A DNA stretch of 64,000 nt from Octopus bimaculoides (taxonomy: Eukaryota): the NCBI RefSeq assembly GCF_001194135.2, contig NC_068987.1:49029405-49093404 (forward strand), in the 5' to 3' direction. The position numbers and the translations under genes are program-made. The notes under the pieces were generated by a model. The model ran no database searches. It was not told the origin of the DNA and saw nothing but the letters and a program-made list of their open reading frames with translations. Shown here piece by piece: positions 50,851-63,518 of the stretch. Numbering within the stretch: position 1 is the stretch's first letter; each line of letters opens with the position of its first letter.

Positions 50851-52979
50851 TTTATTTAAATATAATAATAATAATAAAATAAAGTATATAAAAAATATTA
50901 AAATATGAAATATATAAATAAAAATAAGTAAAAGTAAATAATGAATGTTAATAAAAATAAAGACAATGAAAATATTCAAAGATAAGTTATATAGACAAAA
51001 ATAAAATATTAAAATAATAATAAAAGGTAATTAAATAAGGCACTTTTAGCAAATATAAGTGTCTTATTTAGTACTATTGGGTTAATAGAAAAGTAATGAT
51101 TATCAATATCTTATATTCGCTAAAAAAATGCAAACCTAAATATGAAAGGAATTAATATTATTTTAACAGCTAGAAAATCAGTTATTAAGTTTGATAACAA
51201 TACTGGATTAGAAAGGATATGAATAATTCTTTTGACATAACGATGGGATCTGCTGATTCCACACAAACAACAGACCTTGTAGGCATATACATTTTATATA
51301 ACTTAAATAATGGATTTCCTGAAATTGCAGGTGGATTATATAGGAATGATGCACTTTTTGTAATTAAAAACCCATTAAATAGGAAATTAGAACTATATAA
51401 GAAAAAATTCTATAAATTCTTTGAAAACAATGGTCTATCAATCTCTATTGAAAAATAAAATAATGCTGTAAAGTTTTTAGGCATTAATTTTAATCCTGCA
51501 ACTGGTAAGCACCAATCATATAAACCAAATATGAACTTAAGGTATGTTAATCATCGAAGTAACCATCCAAAATCAATAAAAAAATATTGAAAAAAGACTA
51601 TCTTACTTTTCATATAATGAAGAATTTTTTTATAAAAATGTTGATTACTATAATATTCCACTTGAAAAAGCAAAGCAGGGTATATGCATAGGATAAAATA
51701 TTATAGGCTTAATAAATACATACTAAACAAAAATAGAGAGGAAAAAAGGGAAAGTAAAACAAATATAATGGATAACATATGGACTAAAACTGTAGATAAA
51801 AATGAAATAAATAAAAATAATAAGAATATAAAAATAAACAATGATTATTTAAACCCTATGATATACAAACAACAATTTAAAAATAATAATAATAATATTG
51901 TAAAAATAAATACTAAATCTAATTGTAAATTCATGGAACTAATACTAAATATAGTAATAAATTGATAAGATAATGAATATCTATGATAATACTTATAATC
52001 GTAAAAATATAAATATAAATAAAAGATATACCCCTTACATAAATTCTGATAAAATTAATATAGATTATAATTGTCCAGATAAAGCCAATATTACATGACT
52101 GATCATCCCCTTTGCAAATCAAATCAAAAGTAATATAATAAAATCTCTTTATCGATTAATTCATAAACATTTAAATAAGGATAATAGATATAGTGAAATA
52201 ATTAATTGTAAGACTATAAGAATTGGTTACTGCTTATTGCAGATTCTTTTTAGAATTATATCTTCAATCAATAATAAAAAAATTAGATTATTTCTATAAC
52301 AATCGAAATATTGATAAAAATGATGAAAACATATTTTGTTATACTAAAATGGAAATAGTCCATATTGATTCCCTTTTTAACCAAAATAATAGTAAAATTA
52401 AAAATGAAAAAATGGAAATTATAAAGGTAAGAACTATATAAGTAATGATGTAAATAATAATTGTGATTGTAGCATTAAGGATGAATGTAAATTTAATAAT
52501 AATTGTAAACATCATAATCTAGTATATAAGTGTATAGTTGAATCAGAGGGTTATAAATTCTATTATATCGGATAAACCGAAAATCCAATAAAAAGGGGAA
52601 TTGCTAACTAAGGATATTGCTTTAGAAACATTTTTACTTTATTTTACCTTTTTTTACTTGTATTTTTATTTATATTTATCATTTTGAATTTTATTTTTTA
52701 TTTTTTATCTTGCCCACATATATCTTTATTTTTATTTTATATTATTTTCATTTTATTTAACTTATTTTAGTATTTATTTTTATTTATCTTTATTATATTA
52801 TTGCCTTTTGTTATTATTTTATTATTTATATTTTGTCTGTATATATTATCTTTTTCTGAATATTTTTATAATCATTATTTTTATTAATATTCATTATTTA
52901 CTTTTACTTATTTTTATTTATTTATTTTTATTTATATTTTGATATTTTTATATATTTTATTTTATTATATTTAAATAAA
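50851..52979 (+). mobile_element. Penelope-like element (RT and GIY-YIG remnants) flanked by ~195-bp inverted repeats
   Basis: ARKS..., FDITMGSADS...LVGIYIL...GGLYRNDAL, SNHP, CDC..C...C, LVYKC...YYIG; 50851-51048 is the reverse complement of about 52795-52979. Confidence 0.85.
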
Positions 52980-52984
52980 ATTAT

Positions 52985-53059
<75 letters not shown>

Positions 53060-53545
53060 TAACTATACATACTTTCATCTACTTAGTCTGTTGCTATTTT
53101 AATGTCCTTTCGCTCTGATGATATTTTGCTCTAAGTCTTCAAAATGCAAACTTATTTTATTCTATATGTTTGTAATTTGTACTGGGAGTAAATTGAAACA
53201 ATTGTAGACAATATTAATAAATAAATGAATAAATAAATAAATTTATATCCATTAAATCTCTCCATTTTCTTACTTAATATTCTTTTATTCTTTTACTTGT
53301 TTCAATCATGCAGCTGCACATATATATTATACATACATACATGCATACATACACACCTGCACACACACACACACATGTATGTAAATATTCATCATCATCA
53401 TCATCCTTCTCCTCCTCATCATCATTTAATGTCCATTCTCCATGCTAGCATGAGTTGGGTGGTTTGATAGGAACTGGCCAGCTGAAGAGCTGCCTGGGTT
53501 CCAAGTCTGTTTTGGTATGGTTTCTATAGCTGGATGTATTATAAA

Positions 53546-54478
53546 CAAGGTGCATTCAAAAAGTATTTGATTTATTTTTTCCAGTCAAAATTAATGTTGT
53601 GTAGGCCAAATCCTTTGAGTAGGAGCTGATGCCAACTTTCCAATTCTTGTGTGAGAGTTTCCACACTGGTAGATCACATCAGTTCTTGGTTGTTGTGCCT
53701 AGTGTACAGGTGTGTAGTGTGCACTCATCAGATTTTTGCTTTCACCGAATACATTGAGCAGAGACAAAGCAACAAGTTTTGTCAAGAGCTTGATGATACT
53801 CAAGCTCAAACTGTCCAGAAGATTAAGCAGGCCTTTAGCGATGATGCCATTGGTGAAACTCAGATCGATGATTGGTATAATTGCTTCAAATATGGCTGCA
53901 TCTCAGTGGGGAGCAAGGCATCCACAAGTGGAGACAAGGGGCTGATTGAGTAGGTTCAGCAAATAGTCATGGAAGACTGTTGTGTAATAATCCAGCATAT
54001 TGTCACAAATGGGAATAAGCACAGGATCAGTGCATGCCATTTTAACAAAGGATTTGAAGAGTGCCTGTGAGGATTTGAAGAGGATTTGAAGAGTGCATGT
54101 GAATAGTTCCTGCGAAATTAGTCTCCAAGGTTTTGGCAGAGCAGCAGAAGTAATTCTGCGTTGAATTCACTCAGGACATGTTGGGCTGTGCCAACCATGA
54201 CCAAGACTTTATGAAGACTATTATCACTGGTGATGAATCATGGGTTTATGGTCTCTGCTTGATACGTTCAGTCATTTTGCATGAAGATGAAAACCTGATG
54301 AGTGCACACTATATATCTGTACTCTAATAATAACTGAGAACAGATGCAGCCTACCAGCACAAAAATTTTCCTGCATCTACAGGAAGGGTGGCATAACCTC
54401 CGACCTAAAGAATTTTACCCAAATGTTATTCATTTTGGAGGGAAGAAATAAAGTCAGCTACTTTTTGAACACACCTTG
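53546..54478 (+). mobile_element. Defective mariner with ~200-bp inverted ends
   Basis: caaggtg..ttcaaaaagta termini with TA on the right; transposase remnant ends at IITGDESWVYG; 53665-53745 is inverted at 54282-54360. Confidence 0.85.
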
Positions 54479-55660
54479 TATATATCTGTGTGTATATACA
54501 CATATATATACATATATACACATACACACACACACACGCACACATATATATATGTATGTATGTATGTATATATGTATTATATANNNNNNNNNNNNNNNNN
54601 NNNNNNNNNNNNNNNNNNNNNNNNNNNNNNNNNNNNNNNNNNNNNNNNNNNNNNNNNNNNNNNNNNNNNNNNNNNNNNNNNNNNNNNNNNNNNNNNNNNN
54701 NNNNNNNNNNNNNNNNNNNNNNNNNNNNNNNNNNNNNNNNNNNNNNNNNNNNNNNNNNNNNNNNNNNNNNNNNNNNNNNNNNNNNNNNNNNNNNNNNNNN
54801 NNNNNNNNNNNNNNNNNNNNNNNNNNNNNNNNNNNNNNNNNNNNNNNNNNNNNNNNNNNNNNNNNNNNNNNNNNNNNNNNNNNNNNNNNNNNNNNNNNNN
54901 NNNNNNNNNNNNNNNNNNNNNNNNNNNNNNNNNNNNNNNNNNNNNNNNNNNNNNNNNNNNNNNNNNNNNNNNNNNNNNNNNNNNNNNNNNNNNNNNNNNN
55001 NNNNNNNNNNNNNNNNNNNNNNNNNNNNNNNNNNNNNNNNNNNNNATATATATATGTATGTGTGTGTATATGTTTGTGTGTCTGTGTTTATCCCCCCACC
55101 ATCGCTTGACAACCAATGCTGGTGTGTTTACGTCCCCGCAACTTAGCGGTTCGGCAAAAGAGATCGATAGAATAAGTACTAGGCTTACAAAGAATAAGTC
55201 CTGGGGTCCATTTGCTCGACTAAAGGCGGTGCTCCAGCATGGCCACAGTCACATGACTGAAACAAATAAAAGAGTAAAAAAAAAAAAAGAGAGATATTGG
55301 TTAATTGGGTATTTTCTTAGGGAAGAATTTCCCAAAAGGAAGTTACATTTCAAAGTCTTGGTTGACCTACGATGGACTCAGATGTTACCACTCTCTTCCT
55401 CACTCCCTCTCTACCCATCTTTCTCTCTCACTTGCTTTCAATCTTTCTCCCTCTCCCTATAACTTCTATTTCACCCTAACTACTACACCAACACCAATAA
55501 AAACTATCATGTATTACAAATGCACACACACACAAATATTTGTTTATATGTATATATATGCAAATAACAGTTTATTTTAAAAATGCATACATTCAAAACT
55601 GTGCACATCTGAGACTGTTGTAGGTTAACCAACGTGTTGAAATGTAACTCCCTTTTGGGA

Positions 55661-55784
55661 AAATTCTACCTTGATGAAATACCCAATTAATCAGTTTCAA
55701 TATGAAAATTTAAATTAAATTAATTTAATTTAATTTCTGTAATTGAACTAATTGGATATGGAAACGGTTATAGGACAGGAATTT
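55661..55784 (+). ncRNA. Decayed hammerhead-like remnant with long AT-rich helix II
   Basis: aaauuc..ccU-UGAUGA-[~80-nt hairpin: auacccaauua / uaauuggauau]-GAAA-cggu-UA-uagg..gaauuu; the core lacks C3. Confidence 0.35.
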
Positions 55785-55934
55785 TATTATATGGATTTGA
55801 ATATCATTGAATAAACTGATATTTGTATGCCAGTTTCTCTATTTTCTTCCTTCTCATTCATAAGTATTTTAAATACCTATATATATATCTATTTATATAA
55901 TAACTAATATATTTAGTTTTTATATATCTAGTGA

Positions 55935-57775
55935 AATCATCATCATCATCATCGTTTAACTTCCGCTTTCCATGCTGACATGGGTTGGACGGTTCAACTG
56001 GGGTCAAGAGGCTGCACTTGGCTCCAGTCTGATCTGACAGTGTTTCTACAGCTGGATGCCCTTCCTAATGTCAACCACTCTGAGAATGTAGTGGGTGCTT
56101 TTTTACGTGCCACCGGTACAGGGGCCAGAGGGGGCTGGCAACAACCACGATTGGTTGATGCTTTTTACATGCCACCGGCATGGAAGCCAGTCAAGGTGGC
56201 GCTGGCATTGGCCACGTTCAGATGGTGCTTTTTACATGCCACCAGCATGGGGATCGCAACTACAATTTCCATTTGATTTTATTTTTGATGTACTTGACTC
56301 AATAGGTCTCCTCAAGCATGGCATGTTGCCCTATGATCCAAGGTACTTTGAGTGGGCTGGTTATGTGACACTGGTGTAGGCTACAGCTGTGAATTCATTT
56401 TATTTGCCAGGTCTTCTCAGTCACAGCATCACTCCAGAGGTCTTGGTCTTTTGTCATTGTCTCTGTGAAACCCAATGTTCGAAGGTCATGCTTGACCACC
56501 TCATCCCATGTCTTCCTGGGTCTACCTCTACCCCGGATTCCTTCAACTGTTTGGGAGTGGCACTTCTTCACATCCATCCATAGTACATGACCATACCAAT
56601 GCAAAAATCTCTCTTGCATGCCACATCTGATGCTTCTTATCTCCAACATTTCTCTCAGCGCACTTACACTCTGTCATGTGTGCACACTGACATTACACAT
56701 CCAGCAGATCATGCTAGCTTCATTTCTTTCAAGTCTACACATGTCTTCATCAGTCACAGCCCATGTTTCATTGCAGTGAAGCATGGCAGTTTGCACACAT
56801 GCATCATACAATTTACCTTTCACTCTGAGCAAGAGGCCCTTTGTCACCAGTAGGGGTAGGAGCTCTCTGAACTTAACCCAGGCTATTCTTATTCTAGTGG
56901 TAACACTCTCTGAGCATCCACCCCCACTACAGACTTGGTCACCAAGGTAGTGGAAGTTATCAACTACTTCTAGTTTCTCCTCCTGGCATGTGATGGAATC
57001 TGTTTTCTGAGCATCTGCTGCACACAAAAGCTATCTTCCCGGCTAATCTTCCTTTGATGTTGCTGCACCTCTTATGTGTCCATAGCCTACACTGGGTGCA
57101 TCTTATGGAGTTTCTTCCTATGGAGTTTTCTACAGATTGAGCAGGGCTACCTACCTGAAGTGGTGTGTGATGTGTACACCTTCCTACTAATTAGAACTTT
57201 GGTCTTTGCAACATTGACTCTAAGACCCTTCGATTCTAAACCTTGCTTCCACACCTGAAATTTCTTTTTTAGTTCTGGTAGTGATTCTGTTATGAGGGCC
57301 AGGTCATCAGCATAGAGGAGCTCCCAGGGGCAATCTGAATTGAATTCCTCTGTCATTGCCTGGAGGACTATGATTTATAAGAGGGGGCTGAGGGCTGATC
57401 CTTGGTGGACCCCTACTTCTCCCCGGAATTCTTCACTATAATCATTGCCAACCCTAACCTTACTTACAGCATCTCTGTATAGGTCCTGTACAGCCCTTAT
57501 TAACCATTTGTCAATCCCCAGTTTCTACATTGCCCACCAGATAAGGGATCGGGGGACTCTGTCAAAGGCTTTCTCCAAGTCCACAAAAGCCAAGTATAGG
57601 GGTTTATCTTTGGCGAGGTATTTCTTCTGCAGTTGCCGTACCAAGAATATAGCAGGCACAAAACCAAATTGCATCTCATCTAAGCAAACTCTCTCCCTAA
57701 TTAGTTGAGCTATGACCCTCTTTGTGACCTTCATCACCTGATCTAGCAGTTTGATACCCCTGTAGTTATTTCTAT
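55935..57775 (-). mobile_element. RTE LINE, 5'-truncated, with 3' tail
   Basis: NNYRGIKLLDQVMK, DLEKAFDRVP, WELLYADDLAL, tail at 55935; degenerate TSD candidate tata..tagtgaaa at both ends. Confidence 0.93.
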
Positions 57776-58014
57776 TATAAAATATATAGTTAGTGAAAAC
57801 TAATATATTTAGTTTTCACTGAACACTAGTATAAACCAGGGAATTAGGATGCTAGCATCTCTTAAAAGATTATGGATCCTCGACACAATTATATATATAN
57901 NNNNNNNNNNNNNNNNNNNNNNNNNNNNNNNNNNNNNNNNNNNNNNNNNNNNNNNNNNNNNNNNNNNNNNNNNNNNNNNNNNNNNNNNNNNNNNNNNNNN
58001 NNNATATATATATC

Positions 58015-59695
58015 GCAGGAGAAATACATAGCCAAAGATAAACCTCTGTACTTGGCTTTTGTTGACTTGGAGGAAACCTTTGACAGAGTCCCCCAGGTCC
58101 CTTACCTGCTGGTCAATGTAGAAACTAGGGATAGATGAGTGGTTGGTGAGAGATGTACAAGCCATGTTAAGGGAAGCTATCGGTAAGGTGAGGGTTGGCA
58201 ATGAGTACAGTGAAGAATTCAGGCTACAAGTAGGGGTTCACCAAGGATTAGCCCCCTCTTGTTCATCATAGTCTTCCAGGCAATAACAGAGGACTTTAAG
58301 ACAGGTTGCTCCTGGGAGACCCTCTATGCTAATGACCTTGTTCTTATAGCTTAATCGCTACCAGAACTAGAGAAGAAGTTTCAGGTATGGATGCAAGGTC
58401 TAGAATCAAAGGGCCTTAGAATTAACTTAGCAAAAAACAAAAATCTTAGTAAGTGGGAAGACAGACAAAGCACAAATGCCTTCAGGTTGATGGCCCTGCT
58501 TGAACTGTAGAAAATGTGTAGGTAAAAGCTCCATAAGATGTACTCAGAGTAATCTATGGACACATAAGAGGTGCATCAATATCAGAGGAAGGTTAATAGG
58601 GAAAATAGATTTTGCGTGTGGAAGATGCACAGGTACAATAAACACCAAAAACATACAGAAAATAGACTGCATCAATTGTCAGTGGGGTAAGCTTGACATA
58701 GTAGATAGCTTCCGTTATCTAAGTGACCAAGTTAGTTGTGGAGGTGGATGCTTTGGGTAAAGTTCAGAGAGCTCCTACCTCTGCTGGCAACAAAGGGCCT
58801 CTCCCTCAGAATGAAAGGCAGATTGTATGATGCCTGTGTGTGAACAGCTATGCTACATGGCAGTGAAACATAGCCTGCGACAGCCGAGAACATGCGTAGG
58901 CTTGAAAGAAATGAAGCCAGTATACTTCGCTGGATGTGCAATGTGAGCGTGCATGTTTGACAGAGATTAAGCATCTTGAGAGAAAAGTTAGGCATAAGAG
59001 GTATCAGATGTGGTGTGCAAGAGAGATGACTGCACTGGTATGGTCATGTGATGCCTATGGATGAGGATAGCTGTGTGAAAAAGTGCCACACCCTAACAGT
59101 TGAGGGAACCCGTGGAAGAGGTAGGCCCAGGAAGACCTGGGCTGAGGTGGTGAAGCATGATCTTCAAACTTTGGGCCTCACAGAGGCAATGGCTAGTGAC
59201 CGAGATATTTATTGATATGCTGTGCTTGAGAAGACCTGTCGAGCCAAGTGAAATCAGTTGTGACATATGCTGGTGTTATATATCTGGCAACTATGTTGGT
59301 GGCATGTAAAAAACACCTTTCAAGTGTTGGGCCCCACAGTGGCAAAGTGGCCGATGCAGGTGGAATGTAAAAAGCACCTTTGAAATGTTGGGCCTCATGG
59401 AAGCAATGACAATGACCAAGGCCTTTGGTATTATGTCGTGCTTGAGAAGAAGACCCATCAAGCCAAGTAAAATCGCAGTTGTGGCAGATACTGGTGTCAT
59501 GCAAATGGCACCCATGCTGGTGGAATGTAAAATCATCCATTACACTATTGGAGTGGTTGGTATTAGGAAGGGCAGCCAGCCATAGAAATCATGCCAAATC
59601 AGACTGGAGTCTGTTGCAGCCATCCAGCTTACCAGCTTTGGTCAACGTATCCAATCCATGCCTGCATGGACAATGGATGTTAAATGCTGATGATG
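58015..59695 (+). mobile_element. RTE LINE, 5'-truncated, different 3'UTR subfamily
   Basis: QEKYIAKDKPLYLAFVDLEE, YANDL, HGSET; ends gttaaatgctgatgat. Confidence 0.92.
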
Positions 59696-60421
59696 GTGTG
59701 TGTGTGTGTGTGTGTGTGTGTGTGCATGCATGTGTGTATGTATATATATGTATATATGTATATATAATGTTCTACTTGTTGAGCACACTTGAATCCTGAC
59801 GTACTGTTTCCCACAGTGATAGTTGATGCACAAGTTTATCTTTTCTTCATCGACAATGTCCTGCAAAGTTAAGTTTGTGTTGTTTAATATTTTCTCTTAA
59901 CAAGATCTTTCTAATTTTGGCACAAGGCTTGTAGTTTTACTTGGAGGGGGAAGTCAGTTACATGGACCCCTGTGTTCAGCTGGTATTCATTTTATCAACC
60001 CTGAAAGGATGAAAGGTAAATTTGACTTCAGTGGAATCTGAACTCAGAATGTAAATCCAGAAGAAATACCCCTAAACATTTTGTCCTGCTTACTAACAGC
60101 ACTACAAGTACATCACCTTATTTTCGCTTTATAATGGTAGATTTCCATGTATTACACTGTTAAATGTTGCCCCAAAGAAACATTGTTCACTCAACCCTTC
60201 TTAACAACTTGGTATCTGTTTCATTCAGCCTGTTTTCTGTAACTTTCATAAATATCCATATATCAGTATATAAATATATATAGTGCAGCAGGTATGAAAA
60301 ATACCCCTGTATTTTAAAATCATTGGATAGATTTAATTCCCATCTTGGGGATATCTTGTTTATTATTGTTATGTACATTATACATACATACATACAGATA
60401 AACATACATGCAAACATACAT

Positions 60422-60525
<104 letters not shown>

Positions 60526-61906
60526 GGATGTATGCATATATATATATAGAGAGAGAGGGAGAGATATAGATAGATAGATAGATAGATTGATAGATAGATA
60601 GATAACCCAATAGGGTTAACCAAACTATATATGCATACACACACGTGTGTACACACATACGCACTCTTGTTTATGATAAATATTTTATTTCTTTATAACT
60701 GATAATTTGTCAGTTGCTTGACTTTTCTTTGCAATTAGTCACAGTAGAATTGTAATGTTTAATGTTATATCATAATAACATTATGTTATATCATAATAAC
60801 ATTATACACACATACATGCACACAAATATAAATGCATGTGAGCATGTGAGAAAACATATAAACGCATGCATTCATAATGATATAAATATATAAACGCGCA
60901 TATACACACACACACACATACACAGACACACAGACACACACACATGATTATATATAAATACATACATATACAGTATAAAACTTATCAAATTTGTTTATTT
61001 TCTGATACCATTCCTAGAGAAGCGAAAGTTAGCAGCAACCTAAACCATCTAAACTAAGACATAACTGAATTATGTGTGAGTGTGTGTATACATACATGCA
61101 CACATACATAGATATAAATGTGTGTGTATGTATAAACACACATTACAAAAGTCTATTTTTTGTCTAGCTTAAATTAGGCAGTAAATCCTCAGGAGAATTC
61201 TGGCTTTTTCCAGAATCAAATCAACTTCCAGGAATTAAAAACAGATATTTATTTTTCTTGGAGAGAGATCCTCTGTGGAGTTTGTATATATATATAAACT
61301 CTGCTCATATTTAAATATATCAAGTCATATTCATTTGTATTTAGTTTTGTTGTGTGATTAATACCCACAAGTGTTGTTTTTAGCAACTTCAAATTGGGAT
61401 AAAACCAACCAGCTTTCATAGTTAAGTTACTCACCCCAGTTCAATTATCTCTACATTCCAACAAAAGAACTGAGCAATAGTAGGTTTTGTGCCAGGTACA
61501 ACTTCTTTACATAAAGGTAACATTAATACAAACAAGGTTGACAGTTTGATAAAAACTTCTACACAACCAACATGGCAAGCCACTTTGTACTGGCTTTCTA
61601 GTAATTATATGTAAATTTAACTCTCGTTTTTTTTCATGTTATGATGGTTTTTACCTAGTTCTTATTATCTATAATTCAACTTGTTTTGTATTGTTTTATC
61701 AGTTTATATTTTCTTCCATTTTTCTTTTTCTTATTTAAATAGGTAAGAAAGGGATGTGTTAGTGAGATATTAAGTAACACCTCATGAATTCATTACCACT
61801 GCGCATATTTTATAAGGTCACTTGCCAGGATAGTTTTATGTAGTTGTTTAATCATTTCCCTCCTGCTCCTCCTGCTCCTCCTCCTCCTCATCATCATCAC
61901 CATCAC

Positions 61907-61953
<47 letters not shown>

Positions 61954-62157
61954 AGGTGAGAATCTGATTCAGCAGACAAAATGCATAGGGGTATTTTCAC
62001 CCCTCTTTACATTCCGAGTTCAAATTCTGCTGAGGTCAACTTCGCCTTTCATCCTTTTGGAGTTGATAAAATAAATTCAAGTTGAGCACTTGGAATCAAG
62101 GAAAATCGACTAGCTGCCTCCTCAAAAATTTCAGGCCTTGTGCTTATAGTAGAAAGG

Positions 62158-62199
<42 letters not shown>

Positions 62200-62202
<3 letters not shown>

Positions 62203-62390
62203 GCCTTTGCACAGCTTCTAACACTGGAGATGTACTACGGTGTCAGCTGTTCACTACCAGTGAACTAAGGTAACACCCCTTATTTTTTGAGTGCCTTCCA
62301 GTGTATTCAAGTGGTTCCAAGCAGTGCTGTTTTCTGCAAGTGCTCTACCCTTATTGCAGCCCCTATTTGATCCATGTACTTCTCAAGATT
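62200..62390 (-). mobile_element. R4/Dong-like 3' end embedded in (TAA)n
   Basis: NLEKYMDQIGAAIRVEHLQKTALLGTT; 3'UTR similar to 18330-18370; (ATT)n on both sides. Confidence 0.85.
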
Positions 62391-62415
62391 ATTATTATTA
62401 TCATTATTATTATTA

Positions 62416-62494
<79 letters not shown>

Positions 62495-62499
<5 letters not shown>

Positions 62500-63060
62500 T
62501 TGAGTGAGTGAGAGAGCAGTGCAAGTCATCAAAGTGACACTGGGGTACAAATATACGAAGCCCATTGTACCCATCATAAAAACCCATCTGATAAGGGTAC
62601 ACCATGCACATGCATCACAACTATATATGCGCAACATGGTAATTTCATATCAAGATAAACAGCACATGACCTTGCAGGTGGGGCCTAGTTGAAATTTTCT
62701 TCAGGTCGAGTAGCCTATTCCACTCAAATGGTCCTTGAATAAAGCTTGTTTAAGGATATTGAGTGAAACATCCATGTTTCCAGAGATGAATTATTCAAAC
62801 CCCAAAGAATTCCTCTCAACGCATAGTTATGATGCTTCCCACTACTTCTACTTGTGATCAGAGATGCACATATCATCAGCCACCAAAGGACATATTCAAC
62901 TGGTTAAGGTCAAACAACTGACAAGCAAATCTGTGGTATTGAGCAGAATATTTGCTGTAGCCCATCTTTTATACCAAGATAATACAATGTACAAGATAAC
63001 ACTTCCAGTCAGTTAAGATCAGAAGTCATGAGAGCCAGTGCCTGGTACTGCATCAGAGCA
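62495..63060. repeat. Unclassified probable dispersed repeat abutting (AGT)n/(ATT)n
   Basis: Complex-sequence block bounded by trinucleotide runs; single copy in the window and no readable ORF. Confidence 0.3.
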
Positions 63061-63518
63061 TTTATTATTATTATCATTTTTATTATCATCATCATCATTC
63101 TAATGATTATTTTCGTTTAGTTTTCTAGGAATAAATACCAATTATTTGTTGAAAATGTGTTGTTTTCTTTAGAATGATCTCATATTTAGGGAAGGTGCAG
63201 CACTTGATAGTTTAAAATTGAGGCACCAGACTAAAGGTGAGGTTATTATTCATATATATATATATATCGATAATATCAATACAGAAATTTGTTTTTCCTA
63301 TGTACCTGATGCATGTGTCATACTTAAGAGAAAGAAATTGTTGAAAGAAATTTTGTTGCTTAAATAAAAAATTTTAACTATATCTCTTGTAATTTCTGGA
63401 AGGGATTTGAAACCACCACCTATGTGTTGTATTACTACTCCTCAACACTCAGGACTACTGGGTCACCAAATCAGCAACAATCTTAATGAGAAAATTAAGA
63501 TACTTAAATCTGACACAA

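Noticed and set aside
53110-53160. CTGATGA plus attttg/caaaat stem as the missing hammerhead of the 50851-52979 PLE
   Set aside because: GCAAA/CAAA instead of GAAA, and no helix I or helix III.
54296-54330. CTGATGA plus hairpin as a hammerhead
   Set aside because: No GAAA; the sequence is part of the mariner inverted end.
55935-59695. Twin-priming inversion of a single RTE
   Set aside because: The two pieces overlap in element coordinates, each has its own tail and their 3'UTRs differ, so they are independent insertions.
61434-61597. Minus-strand open frame of about 55 codons ending at ggg|gtgagt
   Set aside because: Weak acceptor and unrecognisable peptide; such frames are expected by chance in 64 kb.
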